DNA of 64,000 bases from Mobula hypostoma (taxonomy: Eukaryota). Where the stretch lies: positions 496,001 through 560,000 of the forward strand of contig NW_026948140.1 of assembly GCF_963921235.1 (NCBI RefSeq), written 5' to 3'. A program made the position numbers and the translations under genes. This document shows, piece by piece, positions 45,978-59,700 of the stretch. The notes beneath the pieces were generated by a model that saw nothing but the letters and a program-made list of their open reading frames with translations, ran no database searches and was not told the origin of the DNA. The number at the start of each line of letters is the position of its first letter. Within the stretch, counting starts at the first letter, position 1.

Positions 45978-48900
45978 TCATATTCTATAAAAAACCCCTG
46001 TACCCCTTAAAAACGCTAAAAATACCCGGACTTGTGCTCTCTCACCCATGCCCAGCAACCTTTTTAATGTAAATTCCTGCATCCCCAACTCCCTTAATTT
46101 ATTTCTCATCATCTCTCTCTGTATCCCATACTTCCTGCAACTCAGAACTACATGTTCTACTGACTCCTCTTCCTGACATTCCTCACACAATCCTGTCTGG
46201 TGTTTCCCTATCATTTTCAATGTTTTGTTTAATGCACAGTGCCCCAGCCTTAACCTAGTCCACACAATTTCCTCTCTTCTGTTTCCATTACCTACCCTAG
46301 TAACTGCAATACTCTTTTGTATTTGATATAAATGCCTCCCTTTCCCCTCCCTGTCCCATCTTTCTTGCCACATTCGGTTGACTTTTTCCCAGATTACACA
46401 CTTAACCTCTGCTTTACTGATACTAATGTGCATTTCCACATTTTCTTTCTTTAACGCCCTCTTTGCCAACTCATCCACCCTCTCATTCCCCTTCACCCCT
46501 ACATGTGCTGGAACCCATAGAAATTTTACCTGACCTCCCTGATTTGCAATTCTTGTAACTAACTGAAGGACTTCATAAAGTACATCTTACCGACTGTTTG
46601 TATGAAAAGACCTTAAACTTGCTAGAACTGAGGATGAATCTGAACATATCAATGCTTTGGATGGTCTGGCTTTCTGCACCCATTGCAATGCAACCAACAC
46701 TGCCAGCATCTCCACTGTAAACACCCCTAACTTATTAGATGTTCTTCTGCTGATTCCAATTTCTTTCGCTGGTATTACCACCCCAAACCCTGTCACTCCT
46801 GTTTCAGGTTCCTTCGCACCATCTGTATAAATGTGAGTATAATCACTATACTTTTCCATCACATGACAGTTAAATGCATTTACCAAATCTGTTTTATATC
46901 TTTCTTTCCTTTTTACCTCTAACAAATGCCAGTCTATGTCAGGCCATACAAGCTTCCATGGAGCTACAACCGGATAAACTACTGAAGGACTTATCCTCAG
47001 ATCAAACACTCCACATTCTTTCGCGATATCATTCCCTACCCGACTAAAGGTATCCCTCTGAAACCTCCCATTTTCCCAGCACTCCTGCAACACTCCTTTA
47101 GTAGGGTGAGAATCATTGTGCCCCTGCAAGTTAGCCCAGTAGTTTGCCATCAGTTGCATCCTTCTTAGTTCCAAAGGCATTATTCCCATTTCTACCTGTA
47201 GGGCTGACACTGGTGACGTTTTAAAAGCCCCACTGCACACTCTCAAGGCCTGAGCCTGAATCACATCCAGTTTCCTTATAAGAGACCTAGCTGCTGATCC
47301 ATATACTATATTTCCATAATCCAATACAGATCTTACTAAAGCCACATACATTCTCTTCAAAGCTGAACAACTTGCTCCCCATTCCCTACCAGTCAAACAT
47401 CTCATCACATGTATTACTTTTTTACATTTCTCCTCAACTTTCCTGATATGGTCTGCCCATGTTAATCGTGAATCAAATATAACTCCCAGAAATTTAAATG
47501 ATGCAACCCTTTCTAATTCAACCCCATACATCCTTAACTTCTTCCCTACCTCAACCCTTTTCCTGGTAAAAAATACAGTTTGAGTTTTATCTACTGAAAA
47601 TCTACATCCCCAATCATAACCCCACTCCATCACTTCATCAATTGCTTCTTGTAGTTTCCTGATTATATAGTCCATGTTCCTGCCTCTTTTCCACAAGGCC
47701 CCATCATCCGCAAACAGTGACCTACCTATATCCACTGGTACCTTTGTGAAGATATCATTGATCATAATCATGAAAAGTAATGGGCTAATCACACTACCTT
47801 GAGGTGTGCCATTTTCCACTATGTACTGTTTTGATAATTCTGATCCAATCCGAACTTGAATTTTTCTACCAAACAAAAAATCTTTAATCCAATTTAAAAC
47901 TCTCCCACCAACCCCCATCTTGTGCAGTTTAATTAATAATCCTTCCTTCCACATCATATCATAGGCTTTTTCAATGTCAAAGAACACTGCCACTACTGAC
48001 TCTCTATTTGCCTGGGCCTTCCTTATTTCAGTCTCTAACATAATCACTGAGTCCTTGGAATTCCTTCCCTTTCTAAAACCACTCTGATAACTTGCCAGCA
48101 TTCCCCTTTTCTCAAGCTCATATGATAACCTTTCTGTTATCATCCTTTCCATTATCTTACATATACTTGATGTTAATGCAATTGGTCTGTAGCTAGTGGG
48201 TTTTGACAGATCCTTGCCAGGCTTCCTTATTGGAATTACTACTGCTTCTTTCCATGCACTTGGTAATCTTCCCTCCTCCCACACTCTGTTATAAAAATGC
48301 AGCAACTTCAAGAGCGCTCCTTCTCCTAGATTTTTTAGCATCACAGAGCATATCAGATCTTTCCCTGGGGAGGTTGGTCTCGATCTCTTTATTGCTCTCA
48401 CCATTTCTGCTAATGTAAATGGATCATCAATTATATCATCTGTTCCTTCCCTCCTGCTTAACACACCTGGGTGTTGGCTCATTATTCTTTCCCTCCTTCT
48501 TCTCCCTTCTTCAGACAAGTTTTCTGAACTGTGTATCAGTACAAATGACTTGGCCATGACCTCAGCCTTATCCCTACTGGAGACTGCAGTTTCCTCCTCA
48601 GATATCATTACTGGATATTCCCATTCCCTTCTATCTCCTCCCATCCTCTTAATCATTCCCCATATCTCTCCCACAGGTGTTGTTCTTCCTACCTTGTCGC
48701 AAAAACTCCTCCAACTTGCCCTTTTAGCTTGACGTATAGTTCTTCTCACCACTGCCTGTGCTTTCTTATATTGAACCAAATGCTGCATATTATGGGTTCT
48801 TTTAACTAGCCTGAATGCTCTATTTCTGTATTTTACAGCCTGACAACATTCCTCTGTCCACCATGGTACCAGTTTTCTATTCATCCTATTTTTACTCCTA

Positions 48901-49754
48901 GGTATAGACCCTTCTGCTGCCATGATAATTGCTGAAGTCACCTGACTGTTTAATTCATCTACATTTCCAGAAATATCAATCTTTGTCAACCCTTCTTCAC
49001 TCAACTTCTGGAACTTACCCCAATCAGCTTTTTCAAACACCCACTTTGGGGTTCCGCCACCTGGTCTAACTTCAACTCTTTCACCCACTGAACACAAAAC
49101 TGGGTAGTGATCACTGCCTACTGTTGAAGCAGTCCAAACTCCCCAGTTACTAATGCCAGCCAAGGTATTAGACACTAACGTAATATCTAACACTGACTCA
49201 GTTCCTGTTGTTATATCTATCCTTGTGCCGCTACCATCATTCATACACACCAAATCCCTTTCTTCCATCAAATCTTCAATTACCTTTCCATTTGGATCTG
49301 TAATCTGATCCCTCCATATTGTGCTATGAGCATTGAAATCTGCACACCACACTACTTTATGTCTGTTTTGTCCTTGTATCTTTAATAGGCTGTCCAAATC
49401 CAACCTTTTACATGGATTGTAGTAGTTAATTATAACCACTCCCTCCCCTCTCTCCCACACTTCCACCACTATGTATTCCTGATCATCTCCTTTCTCCAGT
49501 ACCCTATATGGTATACCTTGCTTGATTAACATAGCACAACCCCCTCCTCCCCCTAGATTTCTATCTTTCCTTATCATTGTATACCCATATACCACAAAGT
49601 CTAAAGTTGGTTTCAACCAAGTTTCCTGAATACACACTACATCCGGTTTTACAACCATTTCTTTAATAAAGTGCTTGAATTCCTGGCTATTGGCCAGTAA
49701 GCTCCTTGCATTCCATTGTAAAAGAATCACCATAATTAGTATTAACCAACACAT
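45978..49754 (-). pseudogene. LINE ORF2 (APE endonuclease, RT, RNase H, CCHC) with a single in-frame TAA at 46587-46589
   Basis: APE: LQWNARS, CIQETW, DFNAH, LDIT, GSDH. RT: YRPIALTS, QSGFRKG, DIEKAYD, TPQGSVISP, FADD. RNase H: IYTDGAK, ICSDS, WVPAHVGVKGNERVD. C-terminal CEECQEEESVEHVVLSC. The sequence after the stop (DVLYEVLQ...) is in frame with ORF 45978-46496. Confidence 0.9.
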
Positions 49755-51100
49755 GACACTTCCTGGCTTGACTGATTACTGAGGTTCTCCCTCACTTCCT
49801 CCCATGTCAGTCCTACTAACCCTAAATGGTTTACTGCTGCTTTTACCACCAGCTGAATTTTGTCACTTTTTGACTTTACCTCAGCAGTACTATTAATCGC
49901 TCCTGCAATGAATGTTACTAGAGCCTTTTTGTCTACATAAATCCTGTCATTTGTTCTTTGTTGCATCTCTCGTATCCCTATTGCTCCCTGTTCATTAGGA
50001 GCATTATTCTGTTCTCTTGACATTCTTACAGCTTCTGCATAAGTGATCTTTCTTTTCACTCTTATTTCTTGAATTTTAGTCTCCCGTCTCACAACCTCAC
50101 ACCCACTATATGCAACATTATGAGCTCCTCCACAATTGCAGCATTTTGGTTGAACTCCTGTTCCGCACTTTCCATATTCATGATCACCCCCACATCTAGC
50201 ACATCTCCTCTGCCTTTTACAGTTTTTAGCCACGTGTCCAAACCTTTGACAATTATAGCACCTCAATGGCTTTGGCACATACACCCTTACTGGGTAACTC
50301 ATGAAACCCAGGAACCCCTTCCTTGGCACTCTTTCTTCTTCAAATTCAATCAATACTGATTCACTTTCCTTTTTCACTCCCTCCTTTGTTGTTTTCAGTC
50401 TTTGAACATTCATTACTTTCCCTCCTTTGATATTCCTCTTTATCTCCTCCATATTTATACTCATTGGTATCCCCGTGATCACTCCTTTACAACCACTGTT
50501 ATGTGCTCCCACCCTCCCAGTGTATTCCACCTTGCATTTTCCTATCTCTTTTAGCTTGAGTGCTTTCTCAAGTTGTTCCTCATTCGCACATCTTACCAAT
50601 AAGTTGCCATCATTAAGGACTTTTGCAAATACTATTTCCCCTATCTTATTTGTCAGAGTTGTTGTTAGCACAAACGGGTTAATTTTCTTCATATGTCCCT
50701 GAGCCTTCTCATTAAACCTAATTATGACAACACCTCCTCTCTGAGCTTGTTCATCTTCCTCACTTTCAGAGCTTTCTCCACTATCATTTCTTATTCTTTT
50801 ATTCCCTTTGTCTTGGTTTTTATTCATCCGACCCCTCACTACCTCTTCATTCCCTTTATTTCTCCCTTCACAATAATCCACCTCTCCCCAGCTGCCTACC
50901 TCTGGTCCCAAGTCTCTATCCCTCTCCTTCTCCACTTTCTTTCCCTCAACCCCGCCTCTTATCTTGTCCGCCATTACCGGACCCACACGACCCCCTCCCA
51001 GCAATTTCTGTTCCTTCCCCACTCTCTTTCCCTCAACAGGTTCCAAAACACACTCACGCATCAAGCAGAACACAGCCAGCTCAACCTTCGACCCACTCAA
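49742..51100 (-). CDS. LINE ORF1 gag-like nucleic-acid-binding protein with three CCHC knuckles (the likely ATG is internal, e.g. 50974)
   Basis: Uninterrupted 452 codons with PLRCYNCQRFGHVAKNC, CARCGGDHEYGKC and CCNCGGAHNVAYSGC. Confidence 0.9.
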   Translation of the reverse strand: MSGSKVELAVFCLMRECVLEPVEGKRVGKEQKLLGGGRVGPVMADKIRGGVEGKKVEKERDRDLGPEVGSWGEVDYCEGRNKGNEEVVRGRMNKNQDKGNKRIRNDSGESSESEEDEQAQRGGVVIIRFNEKAQGHMKKINPFVLTTTLTNKIGEIVFAKVLNDGNLLVRCANEEQLEKALKLKEIGKCKVEYTGRVGAHNSGCKGVITGIPMSINMEEIKRNIKGGKVMNVQRLKTTKEGVKKESESVLIEFEEERVPRKGFLGFMSYPVRVYVPKPLRCYNCQRFGHVAKNCKRQRRCARCGGDHEYGKCGTGVQPKCCNCGGAHNVAYSGCEVVRRETKIQEIRVKRKITYAEAVRMSREQNNAPNEQGAIGIREMQQRTNDRIYVDKKALVTFIAGAINSTAEVKSKSDKIQLVVKAAVNHLGLVGLTWEEVRENLSNQSSQEVSCVG

Positions 51101-51278
51101 ATCCGAACCCTACTGTGTCACCTGAGTCGACCCTTATATAGTCACGGGGGGGGGCGGGGGGCGCGCACATGTCATCACGTGACCTCACATCGGCGGGAAA
51201 ATCACATCAGGTAACCTCCAAAAGACCATTACAGCATTCTCACAAAAAAAACAGATCTCCTTGAGCATGTAACACATG

Positions 51279-53760
51279 TACCTTTTGGTGTTGCTCAGGG
51301 AAGCTGTCTTAGTCCCGTACTCTTCTCCTTATACCTGTTCCATCATTAGAGAGCATAAACTTGATTTCCACAGTTATGTAGATGACACACAATTGTAAAT
51401 AGCAGTTGAGCCTGATGATAATAACACTCTATCTTCTCTGACTTCTGTTATAGCTGCAATAAACAAATGGATAAGCAATAATTTCCAAAGCTAAATGAAA
51501 ATAAATCTGAAATGCTTTTGGTTAGTCCAAAAACCAAAAGAAATAAAGTGCTTGATAACTTGGGAACTTTGGCTCCCCTTGAAAAATCAGAAGTAACTAG
51601 CCTGGATGTTATCCTTGATTCAGATGAGAATTTTATTTTCTACATACAGAAAGTGACCATGGCAGCATTTCTACACACAAGAAATATCAGAATCAGAACC
51701 AGAATCAGAATCAGGTTCATTATCACCAGCATGTGACGTGAAATATCTTAACTTAGCAGCAGCAGTTCAAGCAATACATAATCTAGCAGAGAAAAGAAAA
51801 ATAAACAAGTAAATCAATTACAGTATATGTATGTTGAATAGATTTTAAAAAGTGCAAAAACAGAAATACTGTATATTTTTTTTAAAAAGTGAGGTAGTGT
51901 CCAAAGATTCAATGTTCATTTAGGAATCGGAATGCAGAGGGGAAGAAGCTGTTCCTGAATCGCTGAGTGTGCGCCTTCAGGCTTCTGTACCTCCTACCTG
52001 ATGGTAACAGTGAGAAAAGGGCATGCCCTGGGTGCTGGAGGTCCTTAATAATGGACGCTGCCTTTCTGAGACACCTCTTCCTAAAGATGTCCTGGGTACT
52101 TTGTAGACTGGTACCCAAGATGGAGCTGACTAGATTTACAACCTTCTGCAGCTTCTTTCGGTCCTGTGCAGTAGCACCTCCATACCAGACAGTGATAGAG
52201 CCTGTCAGAATGCTCTCTACAATACATCTATAGAAGTTTTTGAGTGTATTTGTTGACATGTCAAATCTCTTCAAACTCCTAAGAAAGTATAGCCGCTGTC
52301 TTGCCTTCTTTATAACTACATCAATATGTTGGGACCAGGTTAGACCCTCAAAGATCTTGACCCTCAGGAACTTGAAGCTGCACACTCTCTCCACTTCCGA
52401 TCCTCCTATGAGGATTGGTATGTGTTCCTTTGTCTTACTCTTCCTGAAGTCCACAATCAGCTCTTTCGTCTTACTGATGTTGAGTACCAGGTTGTTGCTG
52501 CGGGACCACTCCACTAGTTGGCATATTTTACTCCTGTACGCCCTCTTGTCACCACCTGAGATTCTACCAAAAATGGTTGTATCGTCAGCAGATTCATAGA
52601 TGGTATTTGAACTATGTGTAGCCACACAGTCATGTGTATATAGAGAGTAGAGCAGTGGGCTAAGCACACACCTCTGAGGTGCGCCAATGTTGATCGTCAG
52701 TGAGGAGGATATGTTATCACCAATCCGCACAGATTGTGGTCTTCCAGTTAGGAAGTCGAGGATCCAATTGCAGATTGAAGTACAGAGGCCCAGGTTCTGC
52801 AACTTCTCAATCAGGATTGTGGGAATAATGGTATTAAATGCTGATCTATAGTCGACGAACAGCATCCTGACATAGGCGTTTGTGTTGTCCTGGTGGTCTA
52901 AAGCCATGGAGAGAGCCATTGAGGTTGCATCTGCCATTGACCTATTGTGGTGATAGCAAATTGCAATGGGTCCAGGTCCTTGCTGAGGCAGAAGTTCAGT
53001 CTAGGCATAACCAACCTCTCAAAGCATTTCACCACTGTCGATGTGAGTGCTACCGGGTGATAGTCATTAAGGCAGCTCACATTATTCTTCTTAGGCACTG
53101 GAATAATTGTTGACTTTTTGAAGCAAGTGGGAACTTCCGCCTGTAGCACTGAAAGGTTGAATATGTCCTTGAATACTTCCGCTAGTTGGCTGGCACAGGT
53201 TTTCACAGCCTTTCCAAGTACTTGCCAAGTTATTTCTGTTTCTGTCACATATTGATGTTGAAAAACTAATTCATGCATTTATATTATAAATGAGATTACT
53301 GCAATGCACCTTTTACTGGCCTTCTATAGCAATCAATTGACAAACCTCAACTTATGCTGCTGCTAGACATTTAACTAAACCCAGGATAAGGGAGAATATC
53401 ACTCCTGTCCTAGCTTCTCTACCTGTCTCTGTATCTTTTAGAATTGATTTTAAAATTCCCTTACTTGTTTTAAAGCTCTCAATAGTATTGAACCAGAGTA
53501 CATCACAAAATCTCTTTTGTTTTATAATCCTGCTCGAGCTCCCAGGTCTTTTTCCAGCAGTATCTTAAATTTAAACAATTTCCCTCAAAAGATAATTGAC
53601 AGGTCACCTTTTTGAACTATGCTCCTAAACTGTGGAACTCAATACCTAAAACTGTAAGGGATGCAGACTCAGTTGACACTTTTAAACACCAACTCAAAAC
53701 TTATTTATTTAACCCTGCTTTTAACTAATATCTTTTTGTCTCTTAATAATACACTGGCAT
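51279..53760 (+). mobile_element. Degraded L2-clade LINE RT and 3' region (pieces ~51279-51685 and ~53225-53760), split by Rex1
   Basis: GVAQGSCLSPVLFSLY, FHSYVDDTQL, KLNENKSE, then LIHAF, ITPVLASL and FRIDFKI-like motifs characteristic of L2. Confidence 0.7.
51686..53220 (-). mobile_element. Rex1/Babar LINE 3' part, same family as 1-1385
   Basis: ORFs 51909-52937 (342 aa; [31 protein letters not shown]) and 52898-53278. (atcaga)n tail at 51686-51712. Confidence 0.9.
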
Positions 53761-56700
53761 CACCCTTAAATAATTATTATTATTTAAAGGTGACGCCAGT
53801 GTACATCAGCAACTCTGTGGGCTGCAGGAATCAGTATCAGTTTTCCTCTTAAATATACTCCTTTTGTTGAACTACTTTCGCTGCAATCTGCAACATGTAA
53901 GTTTCCTCTTAATAATGGACTACGAAATTACGTTAATGATCTTCAGATCTCATGCTCGATGGTTAAATGCGGACTCTTAAAGCGTGGCGCCTTCAAGGGT
54001 CAATGCCAAAGCTAAGACCAAGGATGAAAATGCGGCAGGAGAGGTGGAATTCAAATCAGGCTGAGGAGCAGGGGGATGAGGCCTCCTCTGATACAATCTT
54101 CTTGGCAAATATACAGTCACTTGAAAATAAGACTGATGATCTCAGGGCAATGCTGCTGTATCAGAAGCAGATCTCAATTGTGTGTTGTACTGGGACTTGG
54201 TTAACAGCAAACACTCCGGACACAGCTACTCAACTAGAAGGTTTTATGATTTTCAGAATGGATTAAACCTCAAATTCTGGTGAGAAAAGAAGTGACTGCG
54301 TATGCTCTTTAGTTAATTCTCACTGCACGGATGTTGAGTTATGTCGACTTCTTGTTCCCTTGATTTAGAACAATTAATGATTAAATGTAGACCACTCTAC
54401 TTGCCTCGGGAGATCTCATCCGTGATCCTGCCTACGGATTACATACCACCAGCAGCCGATTAGACTCGGAAACTGCACGATGCTGTCTGTAAACAAGAAA
54501 GGACCCAACCCAACACATTTTAAATTATAGTCAGCGATTTTAACCAATCCTGTCCAAAGAAAACCCTGCCCAATTATCACTAGCACATAACCTGTTACAC
54601 TGCCACACCTACGATAAAGAATGTCTATCGGGTCCGCATGTTGACAGATAGAGCCTAAAGAGCAAGGCAACCAAGATGTGGTTGCGGGATGCTGAGAAAC
54701 GGTTACAGGATTGCCTTGAGTCGGTGGACTGGGCCTTGTTCAAGAACTCATCTGAAGACCTGAATGACTACATCAGGGTCATTACCGAGTTTATTAAAAC
54801 AGCTGTGGATGAGTGTGTCCCTACAAAATCATTCGGGGTTTTCCCCAGAGGCCTTGGATGAACAATGAAATCTGGAACCTGTTGCAAGCCAGATGAGGCA
54901 ATAATGTCTGGAGGTCAAGAATGCTACAAGAGGTGCCAGTATGATCTCCAGAAAGCCATCTCTCAGGTGAAGTAGAGATTCTGGACTAGACTGGAAGCAA
55001 GGAGAAATACTCGACAGCTATGGCAGGATTTGAATGCCATAACCTCCTACAAAGCTAAATCTTGTGACTTAGGGAACAGAGAGCTTCACTTCCAGATGAG
55101 CTCAATGCCTTCTATGCTTGCTTTGACCACCAGGACAGGGAGGAACCATCGTGCACCTCCATGTTTCCCAATGATCCTTTGGTCTCAGTATCTAAAGTTG
55201 ATGTGCAGGCTGCCTTCAAGAGTGAATCCAAGGAAAGCATTCGGTCCAGACAGAGTATCTGGCTGAGTACTGAAGACTTGTGCTGACCAACTGGAAGATG
55301 TATTCACGGATATCTTGAAATTCTTGCTCCAGCAGTGTGTTGTACCCAACTGTTTTCAAGTAGGCTTCAATCGTACCAGTGCCCAAGAAGAGTGTGGTAA
55401 TCTGTCTAAATGACTATCACCCAGTGGCACTTACATTCAGAGTGATGAAGTCTTTTGAGAGGCTGGTGTTGAAGCATATCAGCTCCTGTCTGAGTGGTGA
55501 CTTGGATCCACTCCAATTTGTCTACTGAAGTAGTGGTCTACAGTAGATGCTATCTCATTGGCTTTTCATACAACCCTGGAACGTCCGGACAGCAAAGATG
55601 CATACATCAGGATGCTTTTTATCAATTATAGCTTGGCATTTAATACCATTGTCCCCTCAAAACTAATCAGTAAACTCCAAGACATGGGCCTCAATACCTT
55701 CTTGTGCAATTGGCTCCTGGATTTCCTCACTTGTTGACCCCAGTCAGTTCAGATTGGCAAAAACCTCTCCTTCACAATTTCCATCAACATAGGAGTACTG
55801 CAGGGATGTGTACTTAGCCATATAATCTACTCGCATTACACCTATGACTGTGTGGCTAAGTATAGCTCCAACACTGTATACAAGTTTGCTAATGACACCT
55901 CTGCTGTGGGGCAAATGGGGTTATATGAATTAGCATATAGGAGGGAGATTGAAAACTTGGATAAGTGGTGTAACAACAACAACGTCTCACTCAATGTCAA
56001 GGAACTGATTGTAGACTTCAAGGGAGGGAAACCAGATGTCCATGAAACGGTACTCATCGGAGGGTCAGAGGTGGAGAGGGTCACAATACAGGCCCTTCGG
56101 AATTTCAAAATTACCTAGGGTTACCCATAGCCCTCTATTTTTCTGAGCACCACATACCTGTCCAGAAGTCTCTTAAAAGATCCTATGATATTTGCCTCCA
56201 CCACCATCGCTGGCAGCCCATTCTACACTCACCAATCTCTGTGTAAAAAAACTTACCCCTGGCATCTCCTCTGTACCTACTTCCAAGCACCTTAAAACTG
56301 TGTCCACTCATGTTAGCCATTTCAGCCCTGGGAATAAGCCCCTGACTATCCACACAATCAATGCTTCTCTTCATCTTATACACCTCTGTCAGGCCACCTC
56401 TCATCCTCCGTTGCTCCAAGGAGAAAAGGCCAAATTCACTCAACCTATTTTCATAGGGCATGCTCCCCAATCCAGGCAATATCCTTGTAGATCTCTTCTG
56501 CACCCTATTATTTCCACATTCTTCCTGTAGTGAGGTGACCAGAACTGAGCACAGTACTCCAAGTAGGGTCTGACCAGGGTCCTATATAGATGCAACATTA
56601 TCTCTTAACTTTTAAACTCAATCCAGGTACAGCAGGCGGTGAAAAAGGCGAATGGTATGCTGGCATTTATAGCAAGAGGATTCGAGTACAGGAGCAGGGA

Positions 56701-59700
56701 GGTACTACTGCAGTTGTACAAGGCCTTGGTAAGACCACACCTGGAGTATTGGAGAACTTCCGCCTGTAGCACTGAAAGGTTGAATATGTCCTTGAATACT
56801 TCCGCTAGTTGGCTGGCACAGGTTTTCACAGCCTTTCCAAGTACTTGCCAAGTTATTTCTGTTTCTGTCACATATTGATGTTGAAAAACTAATTCATGCA
56901 TTTATATTATAAATGAGATTACTGCAATGCACCTTTTACTGGCCTTCTATAGCAATCAATTGACAAACCTCAACTTATGCTGCTGCTAGACATTTAACTA
57001 AACCCAGGATAAGGGAGAATATCACTCCTGTCCTAGCTTCTCTACCTGTCTCTGTATCTTTTAGAATTGATTTTAAAATTCCCTTACTTGTTTTAAAGCT
57101 CTCAATAGTATTGAACCAGAGTACATCACAAAATCTCTTTTGTTTTATAATCCTGCTCGAGCTCCCAGGTCTTTTTCCAGCAGTATCTTAAATTTAAACA
57201 ATTTCCCTCAAAAGATAATTGACAGGTCACCTTTTTGAACTATGCTCCTAAACTGTGGAACTCAATACCTAAAACTGTAAGGGATGCAGACTCAGTTGAC
57301 ACTTTTAAACACCAACTCAAAACTTATTTATTTAACCCTGCTTTTAACTAATATCTTTTTGTCTCTTAATAATACACTGGCATCACCCTTAAATAATTAT
57401 TATTATTTAAAGGTGACGCCAGTGTACATCAGCAACTCTGTGGGCTGCAGGAATCAGTATCAGTTTTCCTCTTAAATATACTCCTTTTGTTGAACTACTT
57501 TCGCTGCAATCTGCAACATGTAAGTTTCCTCTTAATAATGGACTACGAAATTACGTTAATGATCTTCAGATCTCATGCTCGATGGTTAAATGCGGACTCT
57601 TAAAGCGTGGCGCCTTCAAGGGTCAATGCCAAAGCTAAGACCAAGGATGAAAATGCGGCAGGAGAGGTGGAATTCAAATCAGGCTGAGGAGCAGGGGGAT
57701 GAGGCCTCCTCTGATACAATCTTCTTGGCAAATATACAGTCACTTGAAAATAAGACTGATGATCTCAGGGCAATGCTGCTGTATCAGAAGCAGATCTCAA
57801 TTGTGTGTTGTACTGGGACTTGGTTAACAGCAAACACTCCGGACACAGCTACTCAACTAGAAGGTTTTATGATTTTCAGAATGGATTAAACCTCAAATTC
57901 TGGTGAGAAAAGAAGTGACTGCGTATGCTCTTTAGTTAATTCTCACTGCACGGATGTTGAGTTATGTCGACTTCTTGTTCCCTTGATTTAGAACAATTAA
58001 TGATTAAATGTAGACCACTCTACTTGCCTCGGGAGATCTCATCCGTGATCCTGCCTACGGATTACATACCACCAGCAGCCGATTAGACTCGGAAACTGCA
58101 CGATGCTGTCTGTAAACAAGAAAGGACCCAACCCAACACATTTCAAATTATAGTCAGCGATTTTAACCAATCCTGTCCAAAGAAAACCCTGCCCAATTAT
58201 CACTAGCACATAACCTGTTACACTGCCACACCTACGATAAAGAATGTCTATCGGGTCCGCATGTTGACAGATAGAGCCTAAAGAGCAAGGCAACCAAGAT
58301 GTGGTTGCGGGATGCTGAGAAACGGTTACAGGATTGCCTTGAGTCGGTGGACTGGGCCTTGTTCAAGAACTCATCTGAAGACCTGAATGACTACATCAGG
58401 GTCATTACCGAGTTTATTAAAACAGCTGTGGATGAGTGTGTCCCTACAAAATCATTCGGGGTTTTCCCCAGAGGCCTTGGATGAACAATGAAATCTGGAA
58501 CCTGTTGCAAGCCAGATGAGGCAATAATGTCTGGAGGTCAAGAATGCTACAAGAGGTGCCAGTATGATCTCCAGAAAGCCATCTCTCAGGTGAAGTAGAG
58601 ATTCTGGACTAGACTGGAAGCAAGGAGAAATACTCGACAGCTATGGCAGGATTTGAATGCCATAACCTCCTACAAAGCTAAATCTTGTGACTTAGGGAAC
58701 AGAGAGCTTCACTTCCAGATGAGCTCAATGCCTTCTATGCTTGCTTTGACCACCAGGACAGGGAGGAACCATCGTGCACCTCCATGTTTCCCAATGATCC
58801 TTTGGTCTCAGTATCTAAAGTTGATGTGCAGGCTGCCTTCAAGAGTGAATCCAAGGAAAGCATTCGGTCCAGACAGAGTATCTGGCTGAGTACTGAAGAC
58901 TTGTGCTGACCAACTGGAAGATGTATTCACGGATATCTTGAAATTCTTGCTCCAGCAGTGTGTTGTACCCAACTGTTTTCAAGTAGGCTTCAATCGTACC
59001 AGTGCCCAAGAAGAGTGTGGTAATCTGTCTAAATGACTATCACCCAGTGGCACTTACATTCAGAGTGATGAAGTCTTTTGAGAGGCTGGTGTTGAAGCAT
59101 ATCAGCTCCTGTCTGAGTGGTGACTTGGATCCACTCCAATTTGTCTACTGAAGTAGTGGTCTACAGTAGATGCTATCTCATTGGCTTTTCATACAACCCT
59201 GGAACGTCCGGACAGCAAAGATGCATACATCAGGATGCTTTTTATCAATTATAGCTTGGCATTTAATACCATTGTCCCCTCAAAACTAATCAGTAAACTC
59301 CAAGACATGGGCCTCAATACCTTCTTGTGCAATTGGCTCCTGGATTTCCTCACTTGTTGACCCCAGTCAGTTCAGATTGGCAAAAACCTCTCCTTCACAA
59401 TTTCCATCAACATAGGAGTACTGCAGGGATGTGTACTTAGCCATATAATCTACTCGCATTACACCTATGACTGTGTGGCTAAGTATAGCTCCAACACTGT
59501 ATACAAGTTTGCTAATGACACCTCTGCTGTGGGGCAAATGGGGTTATATGAATTAGCATATAGGAGGGAGATTGAAAACTTGGATAAGTGGTGTAACAAC
59601 AACAACGTCTCACTCAATGTCAAGGAACTGATTGTAGACTTCAAGGGAGGGAAACCAGATGTCCATGAAACGGTACTCATCGGAGGGTCAGAGGTGGAGA

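Larger units (their letters stand above)
45777..51105 (-). mobile_element. Near full-length I-group (Nimb-like) non-LTR retrotransposon, 5.3 kb, 14-bp TSD AACCCTACTGTGTC
   Basis: Two long ORFs in LINE order. TSD at 45763-45776 and 51106-51119. The 3' UTR has a GGCGGT...ACCGCC stem (45796-45831) and a (TG)n tract. Confidence 0.9.
44746..51274 (-). mobile_element. Non-coding LTR-retroelement remnant (two partial LTRs, PPT, 4-bp TSD CATG) hosting the I-group LINE
   Basis: catg|TGTTAC at 44742-44751 and GTAACA|catg at 51269-51278. Direct repeat 45013-45161 vs 51107-51274. cttccctcc at 45162-45170 is a minus-strand polypurine tract abutting the LTR. Confidence 0.75.

Noticed and set aside
46587..46589. 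Programmed stop-codon read-through in LINE ORF2
   Set aside because: The stop falls in the middle of RNase H. A single C-to-T nonsense mutation or a sequencing error is the simpler explanation.
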